Source: Leptospiraceae bacterium
Lineage (GTDB): Bacteria > Spirochaetota > Leptospiria > Leptospirales > Leptonemataceae
Direction of reading: 5' to 3'
DNA: 64,000 nt
Assembly: GCA_040217195.1 (NCBI GenBank)
Contig: JAVJNR010000002.1
Span: forward strand, 480,001-544,000
Below the pieces are notes generated by a model. That model saw nothing but the letters and a program-made list of their open reading frames with translations. It was not told where the DNA came from and searched no databases. Below, piece after piece: positions 21,582 through 31,049 of this stretch (positions are counted from its first letter, which is position 1; every line of letters begins with the position of its first letter). The translations under genes were made by a program, and so were the position numbers.

Positions 21582-22045
21582 TGGAGTCTCTGGAAGGAAA
21601 GCTAAACGGCGCCGGGCAGAGACATGCTATCGTCGTTTCCCATTGGAATGAGTTTATTACAGATAGACTGAAAGATGGGGCTCTGGCTGCATTGCGAAAG
21701 CACGATGTTTCGGATAGCTCCATCACCGTCGTGGGTGTGCCGGGAGCCTTTGAGCTCGGCTCAGTGGCCAGGAAAATGGCTCTTACGGGCAGATATGATG
21801 CCATTACCTGTCTGGGAGCGGTGATTCGGGGTGCCACAGACCACTACGATTATGTTTGCGGCCAGGCGGCTCGATTAATTGCACAGGTTTTTTACGACAC
21901 AGGTGTGCCCACCGTCTTTGGAGTAGTTACCACAGATACCATTGAGCAGGCCATTGAACGGGCCGGCACCAAGGCCGGGAATAAAGGTTATGAATCCGCA
22001 GTGGCTGCTGTGGAATTGGCCTCTCTGAGCCAGCAGATCCAGTGA
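21581..22045 (+). CDS. ribH: 6,7-dimethyl-8-ribityllumazine synthase
   Basis: VPGAFE, LGAVIRGATDHYDYV, QAIERAGTKAGNKG. Confidence 0.98.
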   Translation: MESLEGKLNGAGQRHAIVVSHWNEFITDRLKDGALAALRKHDVSDSSITVVGVPGAFELGSVARKMALTGRYDAITCLGAVIRGATDHYDYVCGQAARLIAQVFYDTGVPTVFGVVTTDTIEQAIERAGTKAGNKGYESAVAAVELASLSQQIQ

Positions 22046-22530
22046 TGCAAACAGTCGCACATAGGAAAATGAAACGCACCTTTCGCCATAAGAATTCCCA
22101 TGGTCGGGAAGTGGCTCTGCAGGGCCTTTACCAGTCCGAGATCGGGGGACACTCTATATCTCAGATTCTGCGTTTTACCTGGCTAAATGAACCTCTGGAT
22201 AGCGATGTAGGATCTTTTACAGAGCAGCTAATTCAGGGAGTCCTGGAGCATACGGACCGAATTGACCAGGTTATCGATGCTCTGTCCGAAAAGGATGCTA
22301 CACAGATTTCAACGGTTGTCCGATGTATACTACGGATGGGCATCTATGAGTTGCTTCTGGGATCCAATCCACCCAGGATCATCATCGATGATTTGTGTGA
22401 GCTCACACGTCGGTACGATGTAGAGGAATCCGTGGCTTTTGTGAACGGTATTCTCGATGCCTATCGGAAGAGAAGGGAAAGCAAGACGGGCAGCGAGGAC
22501 AAGGGTGGCCAGGAACCGATTAACGTTTGA
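22045..22530 (+). CDS. nusB: Transcription antitermination factor NusB
   Basis: RE.ALQ.LY, ILRMG.YEL, FVNGILD; classic ribH-nusB order. Confidence 0.92.
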   Translation: MQTVAHRKMKRTFRHKNSHGREVALQGLYQSEIGGHSISQILRFTWLNEPLDSDVGSFTEQLIQGVLEHTDRIDQVIDALSEKDATQISTVVRCILRMGIYELLLGSNPPRIIIDDLCELTRRYDVEESVAFVNGILDAYRKRRESKTGSEDKGGQEPINV

Positions 22531-24580
22531 CGATAGTGCTCCGGACAGGGGCTCCGAAGAGACTTTTCAGGACAGTCCGGTTACCGTCTATTTAGATGAA
22601 TCATCTCCCGGCAGAAAAAGGAAACGGCTGGCTCTGTTTGGTGGCCTCGGTCTACTATTAATTGCACTTCTGGTCGGCGGCTTTGCTCTGTATCATTTCT
22701 ATTTTCAGGGCGGCAACTCCAAAACGGAGGATATTGCAGGCCCTATGGATCTGGACTCTGTCCGAGATAGATTCTACCTGCCCACCGTATCCAATGACTC
22801 CGAGCTGGAGAAGCTCATCAATCGCTACCGAGAGGGATTTCGGGACGAGGCCAGGCGAGGCTTTGAAGAGTACCTCCAGACCGATGCCTCGGACCAGGGT
22901 AAGGCGGTGGCCCTGACTTACCTGGGTGTCCTGGCCCTGGAATCTGATAAACATGGTCTGGCCCGGCACCACCTGCTTCGGGCCTTAAAATATGATCAGT
23001 CTTTTGTACCTGCTCTGGTGAACCTGGCCATTGCGGAGCGAATGATGGGAAACCTGGAAGGGGCCCGGGATTATGCCGAACAGGCCCGTAAAATAGCGCC
23101 CAATGATCCTGCCGTATCGCTGTTGCTTGGTAACATAATGATGCAGGATCAGAAACTGGATGAGGCTTCTGAGTTGTATCGCGAAGCACTGGAAGATGCT
23201 CCGGCTGACTCCTACCTGGCCTATAACCTGGGTATTTCCCTGGTAAGACAAAACAAACTGGAAGAAGCTATCATGGCATTCTCCAGGGTAATCGATGGAG
23301 ATCCGCAGAGCACTCTTGCGGTGCGCTCACACGGTCATCTGGGACAGATCTATTTCTCCAAAGGCAATCTGGAAATGGCCGCCGATCATCTTCGCCGGTC
23401 CACTACCCTGGCTCCTGCGGAAGCTCGCTATCACTACAATCTGGGAATTGTCTATCTTCGCATGAATCGGCAGCGAGAAGCCATTCAATCCTTTCAGATT
23501 GCACTGGATGCAGGGGGCGATGATTCTAGAGTATTTCGCGGCCTTGCCCGTGCATTTCTGCGACTGAATCAACCGGGCATGGCCAAAAGAGCGCTGCAGA
23601 AAGCCCTGTTAATCAATCCTCAGGACACAGACAGTATGCTGGAACTGGGAGATCTGCAGGCCTCCCAGGGAGATTTGCTCTCCGCAGTGGACTCTTATCG
23701 TGCAGTGGTTCAGATGAGTCCGGGCAATGCTACCACAGCAGATGCCCTGGATCGACTGGCCCGGGTTTATGTAAGACTGGAAAGGTATGACGATGCAGTG
23801 CAATCCTACTACCAGGCGCTTCGCATTGATCCAAACCGCAGCAGCCTGTATCTGGGGCTGGGCCATGCTCTTCAGAAGGCGGGCAAACCGGAAGAGGCTA
23901 TCAATATCTGGAAAAAGGCACTGCAGCAGGGCGTACAACTCTCTCAAAGCGAAGAAAAAGAGATCCGCTTCGCGCTGGCTCGAGTGTATGAAGACAATGG
24001 AGCTTTCGAATACGCAATCCGAGAGTATCAGATTCTGAAAGAGCGATTGCAGCAGCCCGGTCAGTCAAGCGTGGATCCGGAGGTTCTTCTGCGACTTGGA
24101 AGAGTGCTTTCTAAAACTGGCAGCAATGAGGCTTCCCGGGAATTGGAACTGGCTGCCACGGCACCCAATGCATCCGCTGCCATCCGCAAAGAAGCTTACT
24201 TGCTTCTGGCCAACCTCTATGGAAAGAGCAGCAATCCGGATTCCCTGGAAAAAGCCAGAAGAGCCATCTATCAGGCGGCCAGGCTGGATCCACAGGATCC
24301 AGATGTGAATTTAAGCCGGGCAAGAATTCTCCTGGCAACTGAGTCGCCTGTGGACAGAGAAAAGGCCATTGAAGTATTGATGGCTTTGACTGCCACGGAT
24401 CTGGATGCCAGCACATCCGCTCAGGCCCATAATCTCCTGGGAGTGGCCTACTATAGAAATGCCGAATACAGACGGGCCATGGGAGCGTTTGATACGGCCA
24501 TCGAACTGGACCCGGGACTGCGGGAGGCCTATGATAATCAGCGAGCCGCCTCCAATGCCTATGAGTCCAATTTGCGATAA
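22505..24580 (+). CDS. Membrane-anchored tetratricopeptide repeat protein
   Basis: Single TM helix followed by many TPRs (YNLG, A..YQALRIDP, NLLGVAYY); GTG at 22505 with upstream GAGG is a likelier start than 22457. Confidence 0.88.
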   Translation: MARNRLTFDDSAPDRGSEETFQDSPVTVYLDESSPGRKRKRLALFGGLGLLLIALLVGGFALYHFYFQGGNSKTEDIAGPMDLDSVRDRFYLPTVSNDSELEKLINRYREGFRDEARRGFEEYLQTDASDQGKAVALTYLGVLALESDKHGLARHHLLRALKYDQSFVPALVNLAIAERMMGNLEGARDYAEQARKIAPNDPAVSLLLGNIMMQDQKLDEASELYREALEDAPADSYLAYNLGISLVRQNKLEEAIMAFSRVIDGDPQSTLAVRSHGHLGQIYFSKGNLEMAADHLRRSTTLAPAEARYHYNLGIVYLRMNRQREAIQSFQIALDAGGDDSRVFRGLARAFLRLNQPGMAKRALQKALLINPQDTDSMLELGDLQASQGDLLSAVDSYRAVVQMSPGNATTADALDRLARVYVRLERYDDAVQSYYQALRIDPNRSSLYLGLGHALQKAGKPEEAINIWKKALQQGVQLSQSEEKEIRFALARVYEDNGAFEYAIREYQILKERLQQPGQSSVDPEVLLRLGRVLSKTGSNEASRELELAATAPNASAAIRKEAYLLLANLYGKSSNPDSLEKARRAIYQAARLDPQDPDVNLSRARILLATESPVDREKAIEVLMALTATDLDASTSAQAHNLLGVAYYRNAEYRRAMGAFDTAIELDPGLREAYDNQRAASNAYESNLR

Positions 24581-24745
24581 TGACTTTGCCGGATTCTTGC
24601 TTCCTGGAACTCCTGGAATCCTATATTCAGGAGCCTGTATTGTCTTTTCTTTGAAATCGACCCTGGCATTCTGTCCTAAATCTCTGGATTCTGTGAAATC
24701 CGGAACGGAATCAGGGAAATCCCTGAGATCTCACGCTGCAATTCT

Positions 24746-26098
24746 ATGAAAGCTCTTAAGTACAGCTTAGCATTTTTCATCGCTACGATTCTATTTACAT
24801 CTCTGAGCTCTGCCCAGGCCCAGTTTGCCATAGTCGATGGCAAGAAGGAAGTCCTGGAAAAGCTGGAGTCCGGAGGCCCGGCTCGCAGGCAAGCAATCTG
24901 GTTTATCTATCAGAATCGATATGATGAACTGTTGCGGCCGGCCATTCAGTATCTGTTCAAAAGCGATGACTTTGAGGATCATCGAGCCATACTCAGAGTC
25001 TTTGAAGCATACGGACCAGGTCTGGAGAGATTTGTTCCTGATTGGTATAGAATTCTGGATCGATACATGAATCGTAACGTTCCCGAGGATCTATTGCTTC
25101 AATGCATTGAGTTGGCTTCTTCCTGGAAAGAACATCGGATGATATTTGCTCTGGGCCGTATGGCCGATCATCCAAGAATGAAGGTCCGTCTGGGCGCCTA
25201 TCGCGCCATGGCCAGGATGGGAAACGATAATCTAATCCCTATTCTTATCCGGCAGATGAAGTCGGACCGGGCTGTGCATAAGATCTATGCTCTGGAAGGG
25301 GCCCGGCTATATCAGGATGAACGACTGGTGCCATTCATTCGAGATCTTCTAAACGATCCAAGTAAAAGTGTGCGAATCTTTGCGCTCAAGGCCATAGTGG
25401 AGCAGCATACGGATCAGGATGTCTCCTATCTTGTGGCGCGAAAATTTCAGGATGATCATAACGATGAAGTTCGGGCGCGTGCAATCGAGATGATTGGTCG
25501 AAAAGGCTGGGGCCGTCAGAATTATCTGGTGCACAAGGCGGTGACGGATTCTTCGGATGTTGTTCGATGGGCTGCAGTGCGATCAGCTGTGGCCATGAAG
25601 GATCGTGCAAGCGCGGCTCCCATTTCCAGACAACTGCGTATTGAAAAAGAAGATGAACTCAAGCTGGCAATGATCGAGGCCCTGTTGGATTTACGCATGG
25701 ACGACTCTGCCAATGCACTGGCCCATTTACTTCGCAGCGATGAATCTAAAAATATTCGCCAACGAGCTGCCATGGCTATCGGTAACCTCCGAATTCGAGA
25801 CGGAGGCTTTGCATTAATACAGGCAATTCGAAGCGACAAGGAACTGGAAGTGAGGTTGGAAGCTGCAGCCGCTCTGGGCGAACTGGGAGATCCAGCGCTG
25901 GCAGAATCCATTATTGATCTTCTGGATAAGCCAGAAGAGGACCGGCGAGTGTTACAGCTGGCAGCTCTGGCAATTATTCGATCCGGTTCGGATGAGAAAA
26001 TTAGAAAGCTTCAAAGGGTGGCCAGCGATCTAAAGGATCGCGTTCTTGGAGAAGAAATTGAAAGGATGGTACGGAAGTATCGGCAAGAAAACCCATGA
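24746..26098 (+). CDS. Exported HEAT-repeat protein
   Basis: Signal peptide; repeated D....VR..A..A.G motifs. Confidence 0.85.
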   Translation: MKALKYSLAFFIATILFTSLSSAQAQFAIVDGKKEVLEKLESGGPARRQAIWFIYQNRYDELLRPAIQYLFKSDDFEDHRAILRVFEAYGPGLERFVPDWYRILDRYMNRNVPEDLLLQCIELASSWKEHRMIFALGRMADHPRMKVRLGAYRAMARMGNDNLIPILIRQMKSDRAVHKIYALEGARLYQDERLVPFIRDLLNDPSKSVRIFALKAIVEQHTDQDVSYLVARKFQDDHNDEVRARAIEMIGRKGWGRQNYLVHKAVTDSSDVVRWAAVRSAVAMKDRASAAPISRQLRIEKEDELKLAMIEALLDLRMDDSANALAHLLRSDESKNIRQRAAMAIGNLRIRDGGFALIQAIRSDKELEVRLEAAAALGELGDPALAESIIDLLDKPEEDRRVLQLAALAIIRSGSDEKIRKLQRVASDLKDRVLGEEIERMVRKYRQENP

Positions 26099-27171
26099 GT
26101 GAGTCAGAGGAAAATCAGAAACCGGCAATGGCCACTCCGGGCTCTCTGGATCCGGTGGATAGCTCCGGCAGTCAGTCCGCGTCTGGTGGAGAAAGTCATT
26201 CCGTTTCGAGTTCTAACTCCTCGACAGACTCAACTTCATGGAATGAACTAGATTCCCCGGCGGAATCAGGTTCGGACCTGGAGTTGGATCCTGCGGATTC
26301 TGCCCAGGATAGTTCTGATGACTCACACTTAAAACGAAAACGTAAAAGAAAGAGGAAAGTACTGCTTCCGGAAACAGGTTCCAGTGCAGAAGCGGCCATG
26401 CAGCGCAAGGAGCTGGCCAGCCCGGGGGAGTTAAAGAGAATCCAGAGAGCAGGTGTGAAGGTCCATGGCCAGAAGGTTGTGGCCGACGATGTTAATAAGC
26501 TTAAGAGTTTGAGCGTCACTCCTCAGCTAGAAGGCGAGTTCAGCGACCATTATATAGAGCCAGTTCGAATCGAATACTATATTCCCAAGGAATCCCGCTT
26601 TGTAACGGAAACCCGGTATCTGTACATTCCCCTAATTGACCCGGAACCACGCTCGGATCCCGACGATGCCGTATTGCGAGACCATATTCAAGACGAAAAA
26701 TTCATGGATCTACTTCAGGTGCTGGGTGACTATCCGCAGTATACTACCCTCATTTTAGATTCCTATCATGAAACGTTTCATATGTACGAAAGCCTTTCCC
26801 GTACCATGAAAGATGCAAGAAACAATATGGAGAAGTATCGCACAGCTCTGTATATGGTGGAAACCCTGGGCCAGCATGAGCCAACTCTGGCCGCACTGGA
26901 AGCTCTGGGAGAATTTCAGAGCTGGAATCTAAACTGGCTCATTCGCACCATGAATGAGAGAGGAATTGAGTTCGCCTGCGCAGATTATACCATATCCTAT
27001 CTCATCAAAAGGCGAAACGAATACTGGGAGCAAAATGAACTCCCATTCGATGAACGATTTGAAATTCTGGCTTCATTGTTTTATGACCAGGCCTTCCCCA
27101 ACCGTGGACTGCATATTGGTGAAGAAGATTACTTCTTCGATATCTTCGATAAGAAAAACTTCATAAGCTGA
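26095..27171 (+). CDS. Hypothetical protein with Ser/Asp-rich N-terminus
   Basis: 358-aa ORF overlapping both neighbours at start and stop. Confidence 0.75.
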   Translation: MSESEENQKPAMATPGSLDPVDSSGSQSASGGESHSVSSSNSSTDSTSWNELDSPAESGSDLELDPADSAQDSSDDSHLKRKRKRKRKVLLPETGSSAEAAMQRKELASPGELKRIQRAGVKVHGQKVVADDVNKLKSLSVTPQLEGEFSDHYIEPVRIEYYIPKESRFVTETRYLYIPLIDPEPRSDPDDAVLRDHIQDEKFMDLLQVLGDYPQYTTLILDSYHETFHMYESLSRTMKDARNNMEKYRTALYMVETLGQHEPTLAALEALGEFQSWNLNWLIRTMNERGIEFACADYTISYLIKRRNEYWEQNELPFDERFEILASLFYDQAFPNRGLHIGEEDYFFDIFDKKNFIS

Positions 27172-28550
27172 TGAAGCAGCTTTTCTTCGTAAAGCCTCCT
27201 GTAGATGGAGCTGTAAAGACACGCCTGGCTTCTTTCCTCGGTCCCACAATGGCCCGTCGAATCTACGAATCTATACTGGTTACGCTAATTCGAAACTTTA
27301 AAGGCTCGGAAGTCTGCCTCTATATCGCATCAGAAGATAAAGATAGATACTTTCAGAACAATTTTCCGGACTACCAGCAATCCTACCAGACCTCCGGTGA
27401 TCTGGGAGATCGAATGGCCCATGCCTTCCTTGAGAGCGCCAGGAAATGGCCCGGTCAGAATATTCTACTAACAGGTAGCGACATTCCAGAGTATCATCCA
27501 TCGATTGCCAACCGAGCCAATGAATTACTCAATAGCAATGATGTAGTTTTGATTCCATCTACAGACGGAGGATACACAACCATTGGTTTTAGTTATAGGG
27601 TGTTTCGTGATATCCAAAAAGCTCAGGCGGATTCGAATTCCCGGTCAGAATCGGATTTTTTTAATCTGTTCAGCAATATTACCTGGTCCACAAATACAGT
27701 GCTTCAGGATCAAAAGCAGAAACTTGAATTGAGTGGTCTTCGAGTGGCTCTGCTGGAAGCACTGCACGATCTGGATGATGCTAGAGATCTGTATTTTCTG
27801 TATCGCAATGGAAAGTTGCCTGAAGCTACGTTAGAGTTGATGGAGGAATTGCCCGGAATCGCATTGCTTCTTCCTGTCTATAATGAGGTAGAAAACCTGG
27901 AATTCGTATTGAATCCATTGAAGGAATCCAGGTTCTTCGAATACATAGTTTGCGCAGATAATGGCAGTACCGATGGGTCCAGGGAAAAAGCCAGGGAATT
28001 AGGAGCCCTGGTAAGTCTCTGTCAAAGGCGAGGTTATGGTTCCACCTGTCTCAAGGGAATGGAATTGCTCGATGGTTATGATGACTGGGACATCCTTCTT
28101 TTTATGGATGCAGACGGATCGGATGATCCGGCAGACCTGGTATCGGTGCTGGGTCCTGTGGTCTCAAATGAAGCGGAGCTCTGTCTTGGGGCTCGCACAT
28201 CCGGAGCATTGCTACCGCACCAGAAATTTGGAAACTGGCTGGCAACATTTCTGATTCGTTGGATTTACGGATATTCATACAGGGACCTGGGTCCTTTTCG
28301 CGCAATCAATCGTAAAGCGCTAAAAAGACTGGCCATGGATGACCCGGACTTTGGCTGGACTGTTCAGATGCAAATAAGAGCTGTTCAGAATGGGCTTTGC
28401 ATTCGGGAAATGCCTGTAACATCCAGGAAGCGCTATGCTGGCAAAAGCAAAGTCAGCGCCACAATCCGTGGTTCTGTGCTTGCTGGCTGGATAATTCTTC
28501 GTACAGTATTCCGGGAATTTTTATTGAACAAAAAGGATTCCAGTGACTAA
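27171..28550 (+). CDS. Fusion of DUF2064/TIGR04282-type transferase and family 2 glycosyltransferase
   Basis: N-terminal KPP..G.VKTRLA, GDLGDRM, GSDIP, DGGY, DLDD; C-terminal PVYNE, DNGSTDGS, DADGSD. Confidence 0.85.
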   Translation: MKQLFFVKPPVDGAVKTRLASFLGPTMARRIYESILVTLIRNFKGSEVCLYIASEDKDRYFQNNFPDYQQSYQTSGDLGDRMAHAFLESARKWPGQNILLTGSDIPEYHPSIANRANELLNSNDVVLIPSTDGGYTTIGFSYRVFRDIQKAQADSNSRSESDFFNLFSNITWSTNTVLQDQKQKLELSGLRVALLEALHDLDDARDLYFLYRNGKLPEATLELMEELPGIALLLPVYNEVENLEFVLNPLKESRFFEYIVCADNGSTDGSREKARELGALVSLCQRRGYGSTCLKGMELLDGYDDWDILLFMDADGSDDPADLVSVLGPVVSNEAELCLGARTSGALLPHQKFGNWLATFLIRWIYGYSYRDLGPFRAINRKALKRLAMDDPDFGWTVQMQIRAVQNGLCIREMPVTSRKRYAGKSKVSATIRGSVLAGWIILRTVFREFLLNKKDSSD

Positions 28551-28561
28551 TCTGACTCTAT

Positions 28562-28729
28562 ATGGCAAAGTCAGACCAGTCGGGCCCGTCCGGAAAGGAT
28601 CGTCGCGGGCAGGCGGACCCAAACTATGAAAAACGTAAAGCCGAGGCTGAAGCCGGCGCTATCGAAATCGATGTGCATGAAGAAAAAGTGCCCGATTCTG
28701 TAGTAAAAGAGCGCAAGGAGGAATCTTGA
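28562..28729 (+). CDS. Small 55-aa charged hypothetical protein (below ORF-track cutoff)
   Basis: MAKSDQSGPSGKDRRGQADPNYEKRKAEAEAGAIEIDVHEEKVPDSVVKERKEES*; fills the gap, and its TGA overlaps the TTG of the next gene. Confidence 0.6.
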   Translation: MAKSDQSGPSGKDRRGQADPNYEKRKAEAEAGAIEIDVHEEKVPDSVVKERKEES

Positions 28730-29079
28730 GCGATCTGGCTGAAGATCTTCGTCAGTATTATATTACGCCCACTTACCTGGAGGTAATGCGTAAACGAGCC
28801 CGTCATTGGTCCGACGAATTTGTCCTGGCCCAGCTTCAGGAGTTCAAAAGCAGCATTCCGGATTATCCCGAGGTACATGAATTACTGGAAGGGGAAATGC
28901 ATGCTCGCAAGTTAAACCGAGCCAAGAAAGAAATTAAGCGAAAGAAGAGCGATGAGCTAAAGACTCTTCGGAAATCGCAAAAAGATCCGGACATTCAAGA
29001 AATCATAGATACGGAACTTCTTATTCGGGATGGAGTTAGACGTCTGCCTGATTCGGAAGAGAATGCTCGCATACAATAA
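28726..29079 (+). CDS. Hypothetical protein (TTG start)
   Basis: 117-aa ORF with a strong AAGGAGG RBS. Confidence 0.75.
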   Translation: MSDLAEDLRQYYITPTYLEVMRKRARHWSDEFVLAQLQEFKSSIPDYPEVHELLEGEMHARKLNRAKKEIKRKKSDELKTLRKSQKDPDIQEIIDTELLIRDGVRRLPDSEENARIQ

Positions 29080-29107
29080 TACTCCGGACAGATGACCGCA
29101 TTGTTCT

Positions 29108-30508
29108 ATGTATCAAGAAAGAGCCTTTGAACTACATACCCATTTATATGGATGCCTGCGAGAGGATGAGCTTAGATGGCTAGCCTCCCGAAAGAAGCCC
29201 CGGTGGCATATATTCTCTAATACGTTTGAAAAGACCTATGGTAAGCCACCAGACCTGGAAAACATTTTTTCTCCGAGCCGAAAGGAAGATCTTCGCAAAT
29301 ACTCAGTTTATGAATCTGTAGGGAACTTCCCTCAGTTTCAGTGTTGCTTTGATTTTGTCATAAGCGTAGCCCATGCAGATGAACAGGAGGTCTACGATGT
29401 GGCCCGTCGCCTTTCAAAAAGGCAGACAGAACCGTATGCAGAATATAGAATGCTTTTTGGACCTCAGCTAGAAATGGAAGATTATCGGCGAAGAATCGTA
29501 TCGCTTTGCGAAGGATTCCATTCTGCGCAGAACGATTCCTATCTGGTAATGTCTCTGTGGCGGGGGGGTGACCTTGCCGCGAAGCAATACGAAACGTTGT
29601 TACAATTGATGGATGATTATCCGGTGGTGCGTCAGCGACTGGTTGGTGTGGATTTCTGTGCTCAGGAAGAAGGCTATCCACCTGAAGATAAGGCAGATCT
29701 ATTTCAATCCATTCTGAGCAATAACAGGGAGTATCCCGATAAAGCTTTATCTATTCTATATCATGTAGGTGAATCCTTCCAGGATAAATCGGTGGAAAGC
29801 GCTGTGCGATGGATCTATGAGTCAGCCCGTCTGGGAGCTCATCGTCTGGGACATTGCATCGCTCTTGGCCAGGATCCCCAGGAATTTCTGGGTACCGTTC
29901 GAAAAGAGTCTCTCTCCGAGCGAATTCATCAATTGGAGTTTGAGCTTGCGCATGGTCTTGCCGTTTCGCATCCGAATGAAGATGAAATCCGAAATGAACT
30001 GGAAGAACTCAGACAGTCAAGTCTGGACTGGCAGGCCAGAGCATCGGCCAGTACTGCTGGGGCAGAACAGAGTGGCGAAGTGAGTTCCTCGGAAGAAAAG
30101 AATGCAGTAGGGCCTGCAGGCAACGAAGGAAATTCAGCCTTTGCCGATGATTTGATTTATGGCACCGAGCCTCAGATTGCTGTGCATTATACACCGGACC
30201 ATGTGGATCGCCTGAAGAGTTTTCAAGATCGTTTAATGGAAAAACTCAAAGAAATGCAGGTGGTCATAGAAGTGTGTCCCACGTCCAATCAAAGAATAGG
30301 TGCGGTCACAAGACATCCAGTGCACAGGTTTCTGGAAAATGATTTGTCCATAGTTGTGGGCGCCGATGACCCAGGGATATTCGACACAGACCTGGAGACC
30401 GAATTTCAAATCCTGAGCAACGACGGAATTAAGCAGCAGAAACTGGAGGAAATGGTAGAGCGTTCCCGGATAAGCCACAGTGCAGCGTTGTCCGGAAGGA
30501 AAGGCTGA
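29108..30508 (+). CDS. Adenosine deaminase-family amidohydrolase with large insertion
   Basis: HTH, HVGE, HRLGH, EVCPTSN and DDPG metal/catalytic motifs. Confidence 0.85.
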   Translation: MYQERAFELHTHLYGCLREDELRWLASRKKPRWHIFSNTFEKTYGKPPDLENIFSPSRKEDLRKYSVYESVGNFPQFQCCFDFVISVAHADEQEVYDVARRLSKRQTEPYAEYRMLFGPQLEMEDYRRRIVSLCEGFHSAQNDSYLVMSLWRGGDLAAKQYETLLQLMDDYPVVRQRLVGVDFCAQEEGYPPEDKADLFQSILSNNREYPDKALSILYHVGESFQDKSVESAVRWIYESARLGAHRLGHCIALGQDPQEFLGTVRKESLSERIHQLEFELAHGLAVSHPNEDEIRNELEELRQSSLDWQARASASTAGAEQSGEVSSSEEKNAVGPAGNEGNSAFADDLIYGTEPQIAVHYTPDHVDRLKSFQDRLMEKLKEMQVVIEVCPTSNQRIGAVTRHPVHRFLENDLSIVVGADDPGIFDTDLETEFQILSNDGIKQQKLEEMVERSRISHSAALSGRKG

Positions 30509-30512
30509 TGGA

Positions 30513-30917
30513 CTACTCTTCTTCTCTTTCTATGTACTTTCCTTTGCCGCGAGCTACAATTTTGCCGATTTCATTTTCGATTTCAGCTCGATTTTCCACC
30601 ACTCTACGGTTCTTCTTTACGAACCAACCACGAAGATAGAGGTTTTCACCCACTCTGGCTGGTTGTAGATAGCGGATTGTCAGCTCGCCGGTTACTGTAT
30701 CAAAGTTCATGGCATCGTTAATGCGAGCCATTGTTTCATCCAGTATGACGGAAAGGATGCCAGGGTGGACCTGTTCTGGTTCCCCAACAAACTTCTCAGG
30801 ACAGCGGTATTCACCGTACACAGTCTTTGTGTCCTCATCGAACGTTAACTTCAGCTGCAGGCCATCAGGGTTGTCGGTTCCCGAACCAAAACTGAGGCTT
30901 CCATTTCGACCGGACAT
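30513..30917 (-). CDS. PaaI-family hot-dog thioesterase
   Basis: [26 protein letters not shown]. Confidence 0.85.
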   Translation of the reverse strand: MSGRNGSLSFGSGTDNPDGLQLKLTFDEDTKTVYGEYRCPEKFVGEPEQVHPGILSVILDETMARINDAMNFDTVTGELTIRYLQPARVGENLYLRGWFVKKNRRVVENRAEIENEIGKIVARGKGKYIEREEE

Positions 30918-31049
30918 GGCACTTAATTAAGTGATACTTCTCTTTTGTCAAGCATCTTTCGTATCTGTGGATTGACTCTGCAGATGCCGAAAATATAGAT
31001 AGTTCCAGTTATCTTTGCTCAGTTTTTTCTGACCATTAAGCACTTCTGC

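Noticed and set aside
24711..24726. TCAGGGA-AA-TCCCTGA palindrome before the HEAT gene
   Set aside because: It is a single short instance with no supporting context.
26329..26358. LKRKRKRKRK stretch as a nuclear localisation signal of a host-targeted effector
   Set aside because: The gene sits in a coupled housekeeping-like operon with no secretion signal; a basic run within a disordered region is a sufficient explanation.
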